A stretch of DNA of 64,000 nucleotides from an uncultured bacterium (lineage in GTDB: Bacteria > Verrucomicrobiota > Verrucomicrobiia > Limisphaerales > UBA8199): contig CAVVMW010000001.1 in NCBI GenBank assembly GCA_963749495.1, forward strand, positions 1 to 64,000, written 5' to 3'. The notes below the pieces were generated by a model. It was not told the DNA's origin and searched no databases. It saw nothing but the letters and a program-made list of their open reading frames with translations. Every line of letters begins with the position of its first letter. Position 1 is the first letter of the stretch. This document shows positions 31,361-41,385 of this stretch, one piece after another. Position numbers and translations under genes: made by a program.

Positions 31361-31402
31361 TCCCTCTCCCCATCCGATGGGGAGAGGGCCGGGGTGAGGG
31401 GC
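31361..31402. repeat. CCCTCTCCCC..GGGGAGAGGG hairpin repeat between convergent genes
   Basis: TCCCTCTCCCCATCCGATGGGGAGAGGGCCGGGGTGAGGGG. Confidence 0.7.
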
Positions 31403-31436
31403 CGTCCCTCTGCAGTGCGTCCCGAGAACCGCTCAG

Positions 31437-34308
31437 TCATTCTCTCCGGCGGCGCGCGAGGACACGTGTGAGCGTATCCAATACGCAGTCCAATCGCTTG
31501 GCGACATCCTCTGTCAGAAAACGCAGGACGAAATAACCGTTTTCCTGGAGCAGGGCATCTTTGCGGCGATCCCGGCGATAGGCCTCGGTATCGGCCAGGT
31601 GTTGCGGCCCGTCCAACTCGATCGCAAGGCGCGCTTCGGAATCAAGCAGGTCAACCTCCATCTCTCCTCGTTCGTCAAAGGGGATGGGCAGTTTTGCGTT
31701 CAGTCGGAAGCGGCCGGCCGTGTCGGGGAACGTCTGCAGCCGGCGATACAGGAAGGCCTCTGTTGCGCTCCTGGCGCGCGCAACCCCATCAGCCGTGGAG
31801 GAGAAACGACAGGCCGCATGAACGAAGAGATCGGCAAGAGGGACATCCACACCATCGCAAACAAGCCGCCGGACGCTGCCGGCGTAGTCTCGCTTCCACT
31901 CAGGCTCGATCGGCAGCGGCACTTCCGCAGGCCAGCCGGGAACCGCGCTGCCCGGCAACTGGATGGCATACCCCGCGATTTCGTATCCATGACAGCGCCG
32001 GTCGAACATCCTGGCCAGCATCGGCACATTCAAATCGGCATAATCGTAAACCCGCACCTCGCGTTTGCCGGCGTGCAGCCGGTGCAAGCGCCCGACGTAC
32101 TGGGCAATGGTGCCGCGCCAGGACACAGGCAGGGCGAGGAACAACGTATCGAGGCGCGGGTGATCAAAGCCCTCGCCAACGAACTTCCCGGTCGCGAGCA
32201 ACACGCATGGCTCTTCCTCGGGAAGGGTGTTCAGTTGGTTCAACGCGTTTTGCAGTTCCTTCTTGCCCATGCCGCCCTGCAGCGTGATCACATGGGGAAC
32301 TTGCGGCGCGAGCATCGCGGCCAGTTGCCCCAGGTGCTCCGTGCGCTCCGTCAACAGCAGCGGCTTGCGCCCCTCGCGCACAACCCCAAGCACGTCCTGG
32401 CAGATGAGTTGGTTCCGCGCGCAATCCGCGACAAGCGCTTGATAGAGCGCTTGAAACTCCAGGCGCGGGTCATCCTCCGGCGGTTCGCTCATTCGATAAT
32501 TCGTCGGCCGCACAACCACGATGTGCGCGAACGGGCGCGCTGCCGCCTGTTCTTTGGCATTCACGCGGTAGCGAATCGGGCCGCACTGCATGAAGATGAT
32601 TGGATGATGCCCGTCTTTGCGGGTAACCGTGGCCGACAAGCCGGCCACGTAACGCGCTTTGGCTCGTCGCGCGACCAGTTCAAAACTCCTCGCCGATAAG
32701 TGATGGCACTCATCAACCACCAAATGGCCGTAATTTGCGACCAGGTCGTTTACAATCCCCTTGCGCACAAGGCTCTGCACGAGCGCCACATCAATGACTC
32801 CGGTAATCTTCCTGCGCCCTCCGCCGATCTTGCCGATCTCCTCTTTCGATAGGCCCAAAAAAGTTGACAACCGTTCCACCCATTGTTCGAGCAGTTGCTG
32901 TCGATGCACCAGAATGAGCGTGTTGCGGCCTCGTTGCGCGATGAGCCACGCGGCCACGACGGTTTTGCCGAAGGCAGTGGTTGCCGCCAGGACGCCGGTG
33001 TCGTGCGCCAACATCGCCCTGGCTGCGGTCATCTGCTCGGGCCGCAGTTCCCCTTGAAAGGAAAATGCTGCCGGCGTTCCGCCGGACCGCTCGTCACGCA
33101 CCACTGGTTGGATCTTCAACCGCTCCAAAGAGTCTTTCACGTCGTCCAGCAGCCCGCGAGGGAGGCACAGATGCTGAGGATGCTCTTCCGCGCATTGGAT
33201 AATTCGCGGTTTGTCATAGACCGGCAGGCGCATGGACTGAGCACGGTAAAATTCCGGGTTTTGGAATGCCGCCAACCGCATTAGCCGGTTGCGCAGCGCC
33301 GGCGGCAGATTCTCCTTGCCGATATAGATCTGATCACCCAACACCAACTCCACCCGCTCGGGCAAGGGCTCCAAAATGGGCGGCTCCATTCGCCGGCGCG
33401 ATGGCGGGGCCGTCCACGGTTGGTCGTCATCCGCCTCCAAGGCCAGCACTGGGCGAACGCCTGTGATCCTGCCTTTGCTTTCGGCCTCTCGCACGATCGC
33501 CTCGCAGCGCCCTTTGCTCATCCGGCCAACTGAAGCCAGAAATGCCCACTGATCCGCACACGGCTCCAACTGATCATCGAGGAAAACGCTGTTGCCGCGG
33601 CCCCTGGGCTGTTTCTGCAGCGGCAGCGCGATCAGATTTCCAAACCCGCCTTTGGGCAACGTGTCCTGGTTCGGGAAATAGCCGGTCATAGGAATCCAAC
33701 CCAACGTCCGGCCGCTGTTCCATTGCCTCGGTCAAAAGAAAGGAGCCCAGATTGCGCGCCAGGCGGGCCGGCACCGCCTCCGCAAAGAAGACCCAAAGGT
33801 GCGCCCCGTTGCCTGAGCGTGAACGTTCCAACGCCGCCGGCACTGCCCAGGTTCGGCAGCTTTGCAGAACCGCTTCCGCGTCCTTCTGCCACTCCCGGCC
33901 GTCGAAGTCCACTGCCAGGAAATAGCAGCTCTCATCCTGGAGCATCGGATAAACGCCGATGACAAAGTCTCGCCCCCGGTCGTCCTTTCCGGAAAGGTGC
34001 CGCCGAATGACCTCGTCGGTCACCGGCAACAACCGGCGGTGAGGGCAAACCCCACACTTGACGCGCGGCTTCTCACAAAGGCCGCGCACCCACTCGTTGG
34101 CGCAGGCGGGAGCATAGCCGCTGCGGCCGGTCCTTCGGCTTTCGAAGCGGATCGGATACACATCCTCCCTCCCCCGGAACAAAGACCGAAACAATGCGAT
34201 TTTGGCTGCCGGTTCCGAGGCATTTGTGACCAAGCCATTTTGTCCGGCCGCCACCGCGGGCCCTCCTGTCCCACCGCCCGCCACGGATTCTGCCACGTTT
34301 GCGTTCAC
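31437..34308 (-). CDS. AEP primase-like (TOTE conflict-system type) + SF2 DExH helicase + DUF559 endonuclease fusion (frameshift near 33680; start uncertain)
   Basis: FRSLFRGREDVY, FLAVDFD, ERSRSGNGAH, FPNQD..GGFGNLIALP; TAFGKT, DECHH, QYVGRLHR; IELDGPQH..DRRKDALLQENGYFVLRF. Confidence 0.88.
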
Positions 34309-34480
34309 CCCGGCACAGTAAAAGCAAACCCACGCGCTGTTGATGGCAACCAAATGCTCCTGGCACGCTTTCTCCTCGGCGGCGTCCCGCGCCTCTTTGG
34401 AGCAGTTGTGGCGAGTATCTGAAGCCGGCGGTTGGAGAGTTGGCTGGACAACGGCGGGCAAAAACCGCTATGTTGTGCTC

Positions 34481-34696
34481 ATGAAAAACCTGTTCACGGC
34501 TTTCATCGAGAAAGGGGAGGAATTTCTTGTCGCGACCAGCCCTGAGGTGCCCGAAGCCGCCGGCCAGGGGATCACACGCGAGGAAGCCCTGCGAAATCTC
34601 GCGGGTTCCATTCGAAGTGTGCTCGAGTACCGCCGGGAAGAGGCCCTGTCGCGACTGGCCGCCGGTGTGGAGAGGACCGTCGTCGAGGTGCCGTGA
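34481..34696 (+). CDS. hicB: HicB family antitoxin
   Basis: FLVATSPEVPEAAGQGITREEALRNL is a typical short HicB. Confidence 0.85.
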   Translation: MKNLFTAFIEKGEEFLVATSPEVPEAAGQGITREEALRNLAGSIRSVLEYRREEALSRLAAGVERTVVEVP

Positions 34697-34800
34697 AGCG
34701 GCGCGACTTGCTGCGGCATCTCGAAGCTCACGGGTGCTTTCTTGCCCGCGACACTGGACCGCATTCGATCTGGAAGAATCCGGGCACCAAGAAATCCTAA
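34693..34800 (+). pseudogene. hicA: Truncated HicA toxin (35 aa)
   Basis: GTG overlaps the hicB TGA; MKRRDLLRHLEAHGCFLARDTGPHSIWKNPGTKKS then stop, lacking the C-terminal half. Confidence 0.75.
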
Positions 34801-35185
34801 TTGACTTCGTCCACCGTGCCGGCGGCAAAGCCTCGCGTCTCCAATTGGTGAAGTGGCTTTTCCTGCTGGCCCAGGACGCCCAAGCGCAGGTGTCCGCCGC
34901 CCATTACCAGTTCGTGCCATACAAGTTCGGGCCGTTCTCCTTTACACTGTACCAGGCCGCCGCTCCGAGCGGCGGCCTGGCCTCGGTTGGGTTCGGCAAG
35001 TTTTTCAAGCGACGGGAGGGGACACGTTTCCCGGTTGCTGCCGGGTGGACCGCTTCTGCCTCGGTCATCCCGTAGGCGTCTCGTGCCAGCGTAGGGCGCG
35101 GGGAGGAGAACGTCTCCATCGACAGCCTGATGCGGATTGCCAAGGCGCTGAAGGTTGCCCTCCACGACCTTGTTGCCGCATTTGA
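34785..35185 (+). pseudogene. Mosaic of gene fragments: DUF488-associated N-terminal piece and XRE-HTH C-terminal piece
   Basis: RLQLVKWLFLL..YQFVPYKFGPFSFTLY at about 34790-34955; [20 protein letters not shown] at about 35095-35185. Confidence 0.5.
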
Positions 35186-35269
35186 GCCGGCATGGGCCGG
35201 ACGGTCCGCGGGGCCGGCGCACCACGGGCGGCGATGCCAGGCCCTGGAGCGCAACCCAGGCCAGGCCAG

Positions 35270-36770
35270 ACCACGCTCCGCGAGACGCTGGGCCAGCCGG
35301 GTGCTGGTCCTCACCGGCGAGCCGGTGGTGGGCAGGACCACGCTGATCAACGCCATCCTGCTCATCCTGCGGGCCAAGAAGGTGCGATGCCCCCTATGCG
35401 CCCCCACCGGTCGTGCCGCCAAGCGCCTCTCTGAAGCGACCGGCAGGGAGGCCAAGACGATTCACCGGCTGTTGGAAGTCCAGCCCGCCACGGGCGCTTT
35501 TACGCGCAGCCACGTCGTTCGTTAGCGGCAAGTAACTCGGCATGACGGTGCAAATTCAACGTCAAGCTTGTATTGAAATATCTCCACGCGGGGACATTTC
35601 TGAGCTTCGCGCCAGACCTTCCCATCAACCGCCCTGGCTCCGCCATGCACCAGCATCCCGCTTGCCTGCTCACCTGTCAGATTCTTCAAGGTTTTGATGT
35701 AGTGCCGTACCTGCTGAATCGCCCCCTCATCGGGGGATTCTCGTTTGCATTCGACAATTACAGGCTTGTCATCCGCATCGAGCAACAGCACGTCCGCCCG
35801 CGAACCATCGGCAAGCACCCTTTCGCGAATCTTCTCGTTCGGATACGGCTCCAAACCGTCTTTAAGTCTGTGAGGGTACAGGGCGATGTAGTCGGATAAC
35901 GCCCGCTCGTACCCGAAGCGTCCAACCATTCCCACCCAATTGGCCTGGTTAGCGATGACGCCTCGAAACCACTTGACCGGGTGGTGGTCGACACGGGTCA
36001 TAGTTCCGCGCCCCAGGTTAACGCCTTCGGGAAGCTGAGCCACCAAGTCCGGGCTGTCCGGGGCATCTTCGAGTTCCCAGTGGACGAATATCCTTCGTCC
36101 CATATACCCCTCCTTCCAGTCGGAGTCACCAGGAACCAGCGGCTCCCACTCCTTGTCTCTAACCCGCTTACTGAGCACCTTGCCGATTCTGCCAACCCGA
36201 CACCATGGGAGCGCGACCACGATTAGGTCATCGGGCTGAATCTCCTGTAGTGCGTTTCTGGTTGCCATCCAGTCATGCCCTCCTTTCGTCCTGCCCTCAA
36301 GGTGGCATCCCTCCTCGGTCGAATGGCCGTCCGTGACGCACTGATGCCTGAACCACAGCCGCCAGAGGCCGGGGTGATTGTTCTCCATGCATGTAATCTT
36401 CCAAAAGGTTGGTGTGCTCATAATTTTACGGACTAACGTGCTTGATTCGCATATTGAGCCAATCGAATGTGAGACGCAAACTCTCTTCTCCATATGGTGT
36501 GTAATCGCCGCCACAGTTTGGTAAACCATGCAGGAACCCTCAATGGTCGATGTACCGCTGATGAGCCACCTGCTCCGCGCCATGCCGCCATGTGCCAGCC
36601 TCCTGCTCGTGCGCGACGTTGACCAGTTGCCCTCGGTCGAGCCCGGAATGCGCTGGCCATTATCGTTGACAGCGGCGTCATGCCGGTCGTGCGGCTGACG
36701 GAGGTCTTCCGGCACGCGGCGCCCAGCCGGATTGTCACCACTTCGCACACGATCAACAAGTTGCCAGACC
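35270..36770 (+). pseudogene. RecD2-like helicase remnant split by an insertion of about 1 kb
   Basis: Left part: [33 protein letters not shown]. Right part (about 36530-36770): [29 protein letters not shown]. Motifs are degenerate. Confidence 0.8.
35522..36421 (-). CDS. NucS/EndoMS-like PD-(D/E)XK endonuclease domain protein
   Basis: ATG at 36421; C-terminal [22 protein letters not shown] and AIQQVRHY; visibly lower GC than the flanks. Confidence 0.8.
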   Translation of the reverse strand: MSTPTFWKITCMENNHPGLWRLWFRHQCVTDGHSTEEGCHLEGRTKGGHDWMATRNALQEIQPDDLIVVALPWCRVGRIGKVLSKRVRDKEWEPLVPGDSDWKEGYMGRRIFVHWELEDAPDSPDLVAQLPEGVNLGRGTMTRVDHHPVKWFRGVIANQANWVGMVGRFGYERALSDYIALYPHRLKDGLEPYPNEKIRERVLADGSRADVLLLDADDKPVIVECKRESPDEGAIQQVRHYIKTLKNLTGEQASGMLVHGGARAVDGKVWREAQKCPRVEIFQYKLDVEFAPSCRVTCR

Positions 36771-37053
36771 GCCGCCGCCTTTGTTCCCGCCTCGGGCCGT
36801 TGCTCCATCTAGTTGCGGCCCGCCAAAATCGGGTTTGCGGCCCGCCGCCCTCGTCTGCGGCCCCAAGAAGCGGCCCAAGCGTCCAAGCCATGGCCATGGC
36901 CAAGCGGGAGCGTCCAGAGGCCGTCGTGGTGCATGGTCAGGCGGAGTAGATCGTGCAACTGGCTGGAGCAGCGCATTGCCGGCGACGCGGCGCTCGCGCT
37001 CGCGGCACATTCGCCGTGGGGTCAGAACAAAAACGGGGCGCCGTTTGGGGTCC

Positions 37054-37566
37054 TCAGACCTCCTGAGCCAAAGCCTCCTGGATCGTCGCCACCGGCAGGA
37101 ATAGCTCCAGTTCATTAGAGGGCAAGGCCACAAAACCAAAATGCTCGTAAAAGGCCTTTGCCTTCTGGTCTTTGGCGTCCACGAAAAGCCCGATGCCACC
37201 AGCCGTGTTGAAGATTTCAATGAATTTCTTCATCGCCGCGACCAGCAAAATTCTTCCGAGGCCCTGTCCATGGAGGTTTCTGGCGATGGCCAACCGGCCC
37301 AGGCGGACCCCCGAGACATCACGCGGCAATTTCCTTGCCTCCTCCGCCGAAAGTGACTCCGACCTTATCTGACAAAGGTTCAGCGAGAAAAAGCCGAGGA
37401 TGGGTTTGAGCTCGGAAGCGGCTTCATCCACTAGAACGAACGTACGGGAGATACCCCGCGTCGCGTGTTGCCGCGCCGTTTGTTTGAGAAACAGGTTCAG
37501 CGGCTCGCTTCCGCAATCAAAGCCGTCGCGGTCATGGAACGTCGCTAGCGGCTCAATTTTACGCAC
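37054..37566 (-). CDS. GNAT acetyltransferase toxin (TacT/AtaT-like)
   Basis: HDRDGFDCGSEPLNLFL, LGRLAI, GQGLG and VDAKDQKAKAFYEHFGF. Confidence 0.92.
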   Translation of the reverse strand: MRKIEPLATFHDRDGFDCGSEPLNLFLKQTARQHATRGISRTFVLVDEAASELKPILGFFSLNLCQIRSESLSAEEARKLPRDVSGVRLGRLAIARNLHGQGLGRILLVAAMKKFIEIFNTAGGIGLFVDAKDQKAKAFYEHFGFVALPSNELELFLPVATIQEALAQEV

Positions 37567-37843
37567 GGACGGAGCCTTTAAACGCTTTTACGGCCTCTTT
37601 CAGGGCCTTGCCGGGTTTCGGCGGAGAGTCGAGCAAAGAGAGCAGCTTGCGGGCGTCCTTTTGGGAAAGCCGGATAACGGACTCACGCTCCAAGATGCGC
37701 TGGGCTTCCTGATATGCTGTTTGCACAATGAACTGATTGACAGTTGCGCCCAAAAGCTCCGCTGCCTGCTCCAACGTCGCCCGGACGTTTTCTGAAACTC
37801 GCGCAGTGATCCGCTTGCGAGATTCTTCCATTACATGTTCCAT
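37559..37843 (-). CDS. DUF1778 antitoxin (TacA-like)
   Basis: RITARV, LEQAAELLGATVNQF, IRLS and LDSPPKPGKAL; overlaps the toxin start. Confidence 0.9.
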   Translation of the reverse strand: MEHVMEESRKRITARVSENVRATLEQAAELLGATVNQFIVQTAYQEAQRILERESVIRLSQKDARKLLSLLDSPPKPGKALKEAVKAFKGSVRA

Positions 37844-37912
37844 ACGCACATGGTGCCATTGTGGCACCACGATGTCAACTCCGAGAACGAGCCGGCCCGG
37901 CAGATGCTTTTC

Positions 37913-38097
37913 ATCCCGGAGGGATGCCTGAGAATAGCCCAACGCTTCAGCGTTGGGTGGTGGGACCGAGGCGGTCACGTCCCGAAGGGACGGCCGAAAT
38001 GTCGGGCCGCTCAGCCGTCCCTTCGGGACTGGACCGTTTTGGGGCATGCCAACTCAATGCTGAAGCATTGGGCCATTCTCATGGGTCCCTCCGGGAC
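37913..38097. repeat. Palindromic repeat (GTCCCGAAGGGAC family)
   Basis: Nested inverted motifs ATCCCGGAGGGAT / GTCCCTCCGGGAC and GTCCCGAAGGGACGG / CCGTCCCTTCGGGAC. Confidence 0.8.
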
Positions 38098-38259
38098 AGC
38101 GATCCATCGGGACGCTTTGGCTGCGTACGCCGACAGGAAAATCGGAATTAGTTCTTGCACGGACGCTAAGCGCTCCCTTGCCCGGGGGATACGCCTGTGA
38201 TACAACCTCGGCGCATGAAACGAGGCAACTCTTCAGCTCGCGGTGAAAAGTGCCGTCGG

Positions 38260-38333
38260 ATAGGAGCGCGGACGCCTCGTTCGCGCGGCTCTGGCGGCAA
38301 AACAACGCGCGGACGGTGCGTCCGCGCTCCTAT
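38260..38333. repeat. REPIN-like element (ATAGGAGCGCGGACGC arms), copy 1
   Basis: Perfect 16-bp inverted arms; second copy at 57373..57454. Confidence 0.85.
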
Positions 38334-38443
38334 GCACGAACAGTTACGAAACGAGATGAGAGTGCCTGTCATTTTACTTGCGTGGACATTCAACGCAGGA
38401 TTTGAACGGAAACCGCCGTCGCTTTCGCGCACGCCTCAGCAGC

Positions 38444-39628
38444 ATGAAGACTCAGGCCACAAGCCCGAAATCCTCCCCACGGCCTTGGTTTGAGGTGGAG
38501 GACGCGGCCTCAATCGCCTCCCCGGCGCTGCTGGTCTATCGCAGCCGCGTCGAGGAGAACCTGAAGCGGATGCTCGCCATTGCCGGCGGTCCCGCGCGCC
38601 TGAGGCCCCACATCAAGACTCACAAGATGAGGGAGATGATCCAACTCCAGCTTGCGTTGGGCATCACGAAGTTCAAATGCGCCACGCTCGCGGAAGCGGC
38701 CATGGCGGCCCGCGCGGGAGTCCCTGATTTGTTGGTGGCCTGCCAACCGGTCGGGCCAAACATCCAAGGAATGGCCGCCCTGCTCAAAGCTTTCCCGCGC
38801 ACGAAATTCTCGGTCTTGTGCGATGATGCCGGCGTGATGCGCGAATTGTCCAAGACCATGAGCGGCTTGAACCGGGCGGGGCAAAAGAAAGCCCGGGAAG
38901 CGGCGCAGCTCGATGTCCTCCTGGATCTGGACGTTGGCCAGCATCGCACGGGTGTGCCGGCCGACGCCAAAGCGGCGGAGCTTTACGGCTTGTTGGCCTC
39001 GCTGCCCGGACTGCGGGCGGGAGGGCTTCACGCCTACGATGGCCATATCGGCGACTCGGATCCAGCCAGGCGAGCGGCGGCGTGCGAATCGGCTTTCCTG
39101 CCGGTGCTCGCGCTGCGGCGGCAGTTGATGGCTGCGGGTTTGCCCGTGCCGCGCCTGGTCGCGGGCGGGACGCCGACTTTCCCGATTCACGCGCGCCGCG
39201 GCGATGTGGAGTGCAGCCCAGGCACTTGTGTTTTTTGGGATGCCGGTTACGCGGCCAAGCTGCCGGACTTGCCGTTTTTGCCCGCTGCCCTGGTATTGAC
39301 CCGGGTCATCAGCAGGCCCGGCCCAAACCGGCTTTGTCTGGACTTGGGCCACAAGTCCATCGCCGCCGAGATGCCCCCGCCGCGAGTCCGGTTCCTGAAC
39401 CTGGAGGATGCCAAGCCGGTGTTGCACAGCGAGGAACACCTGGTCATCGAAACGCCGCGGAGCAGCGACTTTAACCCTGGAGACTGCGTCTATGGTGTGC
39501 CGTGGCACATCTGCCCTACCGTGGCGCTGCATGCGGAGGCCGTGCTCATCGAGAACGGAATGAGCGCCGGCCGGTGGCCCGTAGCCGCCCGCGATCGCCG
39601 GCTGGGCATAGGAACAGAACTTGAATAA
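38444..39628 (+). CDS. D-threonine aldolase/DSD1 family PLP-dependent enzyme
   Basis: SPALLV, LRPHIKTHK, KCAT, GLHAYDGH, GGTPT, LDLGHK, SEEH and PWHICPTV. Confidence 0.92.
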   Translation: MKTQATSPKSSPRPWFEVEDAASIASPALLVYRSRVEENLKRMLAIAGGPARLRPHIKTHKMREMIQLQLALGITKFKCATLAEAAMAARAGVPDLLVACQPVGPNIQGMAALLKAFPRTKFSVLCDDAGVMRELSKTMSGLNRAGQKKAREAAQLDVLLDLDVGQHRTGVPADAKAAELYGLLASLPGLRAGGLHAYDGHIGDSDPARRAAACESAFLPVLALRRQLMAAGLPVPRLVAGGTPTFPIHARRGDVECSPGTCVFWDAGYAAKLPDLPFLPAALVLTRVISRPGPNRLCLDLGHKSIAAEMPPPRVRFLNLEDAKPVLHSEEHLVIETPRSSDFNPGDCVYGVPWHICPTVALHAEAVLIENGMSAGRWPVAARDRRLGIGTELE

Positions 39629-41385
39629 TCTTGCAACCTTGCCGCGCAGTTTACTTGAATGATCCCATGAATGCTTCGGGGCATAAGAATGCCGCGCTCC
39701 GCGCGGGACAAACAGGATTTGGGGGCTGTGTCCGGTTGCGCCCGGCGCGGGCGGGCGCCATGATCTTGTTTGCAGGCTTGCTTCTGGCCGTGCGCGGCAC
39801 GGCAGCAGAGCAGAATCTCCTGAAGAATCCAGGGTTCGAAGAGGCTGCTCCAGGCACGGATAATCCACCAAATTGGACCACGTCGGCTGGCAGCGCGCGC
39901 AAAGCCACGGTCACGAGCACGGGGGCCCATGAAGGCCGCAATGCCATTGCAATCCCGGCGCGCACTGCCGTCGAACAGAAGGTTGACTCAGTCCTGCCGG
40001 GGGCTTATCTGGCCCGCTGCTGGGTCAAATCCGAATCCGAGCAGCCGATCACCTTCCTGCTTTGGGATTCCGACCGGCCCTGGGCCTCCTATACTTGCGC
40101 CGAAATCAATGTGCCCAGGGATCAATGGGTGCGCATCGAGGCCTTCTGTGCCCTGGACCGGAGCGGATCGCTGACTCTCACGTTGGGGGGCATGTCGCAG
40201 GAATTTCGTTTTTACCACGGCGTTGGCGGGGAAATGGGCTCGCCGATTATGGCCGACAATTTCGAGTTGATCCGTTGCCAGCCCAAGCCACCCGCCGGGC
40301 TCGCGCCACTCGCGGCGTGGGATGCGAAACAGGAAGCGGGCGGCACGGTCGATTGGTCCGCCAAAGAGCAGTGGTCCCCGGTCGAGGGCCCAGCGCACAC
40401 CTTTGCTGGAACTCCGGTTATCCAGGGCGGGCATCTCGCCGGCACTGTGCGCAAAGAGGACGGCGGGTTGGCCATCTATTCGGTGCAGGCAGGCGGACTT
40501 AAGCCGCGAGGCGTCATCGCTCCCTTGCCCGCCCTCGGGGCGCCCAAGTGCTCCCTGGTGCAAACCAACGGCCGATGGGGCATTCGTGTGAGCTCCGAAG
40601 CGGGAGACCGCTTCTACATCGCCTGGTTTACGCCCAAGGGCCTGATAAGCGTGGAAGCCAACCAGGTGCCGCGTTTCCAGGTGCAGGACTGCCGGCTGCG
40701 CTATGGTCTTCTGCCTTCTTTTGCCGGAACGGACATTTGCTACGCTCCTCAGAAGATGCCCGCCGGGAAGGAATTCAGCATCCCTTCCACCCAGTGGTTT
40801 GTTGGGTTGGTGGACGGCAGGGAGAGCATGCTCGTGGCCGTCTGGGAGACCGGCTCGCAGGCGGTCTCCCTGGGCCTGTCGGGCGCAGGGGAAAACCGCC
40901 TGATTGATTCGCTGTCAATTGCGGCGGGAACAAATGGATTTTCGCTTTCATTTGTCGAGCACACCGGCCTCTGGCACCAGGAATTGCTCAAGGAAGATTG
41001 GCTCGGGGAATACGTCCCCATCGGATGGGAGCGCCCGTTCCCGGCCCGCTGGACGGGCCACTTTTTTGTGACCCCGGGCGGCGCGCCTTCTTTTCGCCAG
41101 CCGTGCATGGATTACTCGTTCCCCATCGCCTACGCCAAGACGAGGATGTGGGGTGTCTGGTTCGAGGACTGGAACCACTATCCTTTCTTCTTCGATGGGC
41201 CACGCACCATATTCCATTTCGAGAAAACTTTCATCCCGAATGGCGAGGCGCTTATCTATTTCCTCGAACCGGCGGCCGCAGATTGCTATTCGCCCTGCGA
41301 GATCGTCGAGCAGGTCCTGGGCGCGGACAAAGCGGCGGCATTGTTCGATGTTGACGCCAACAGGATTAGAAAACTGAAGTATTCC

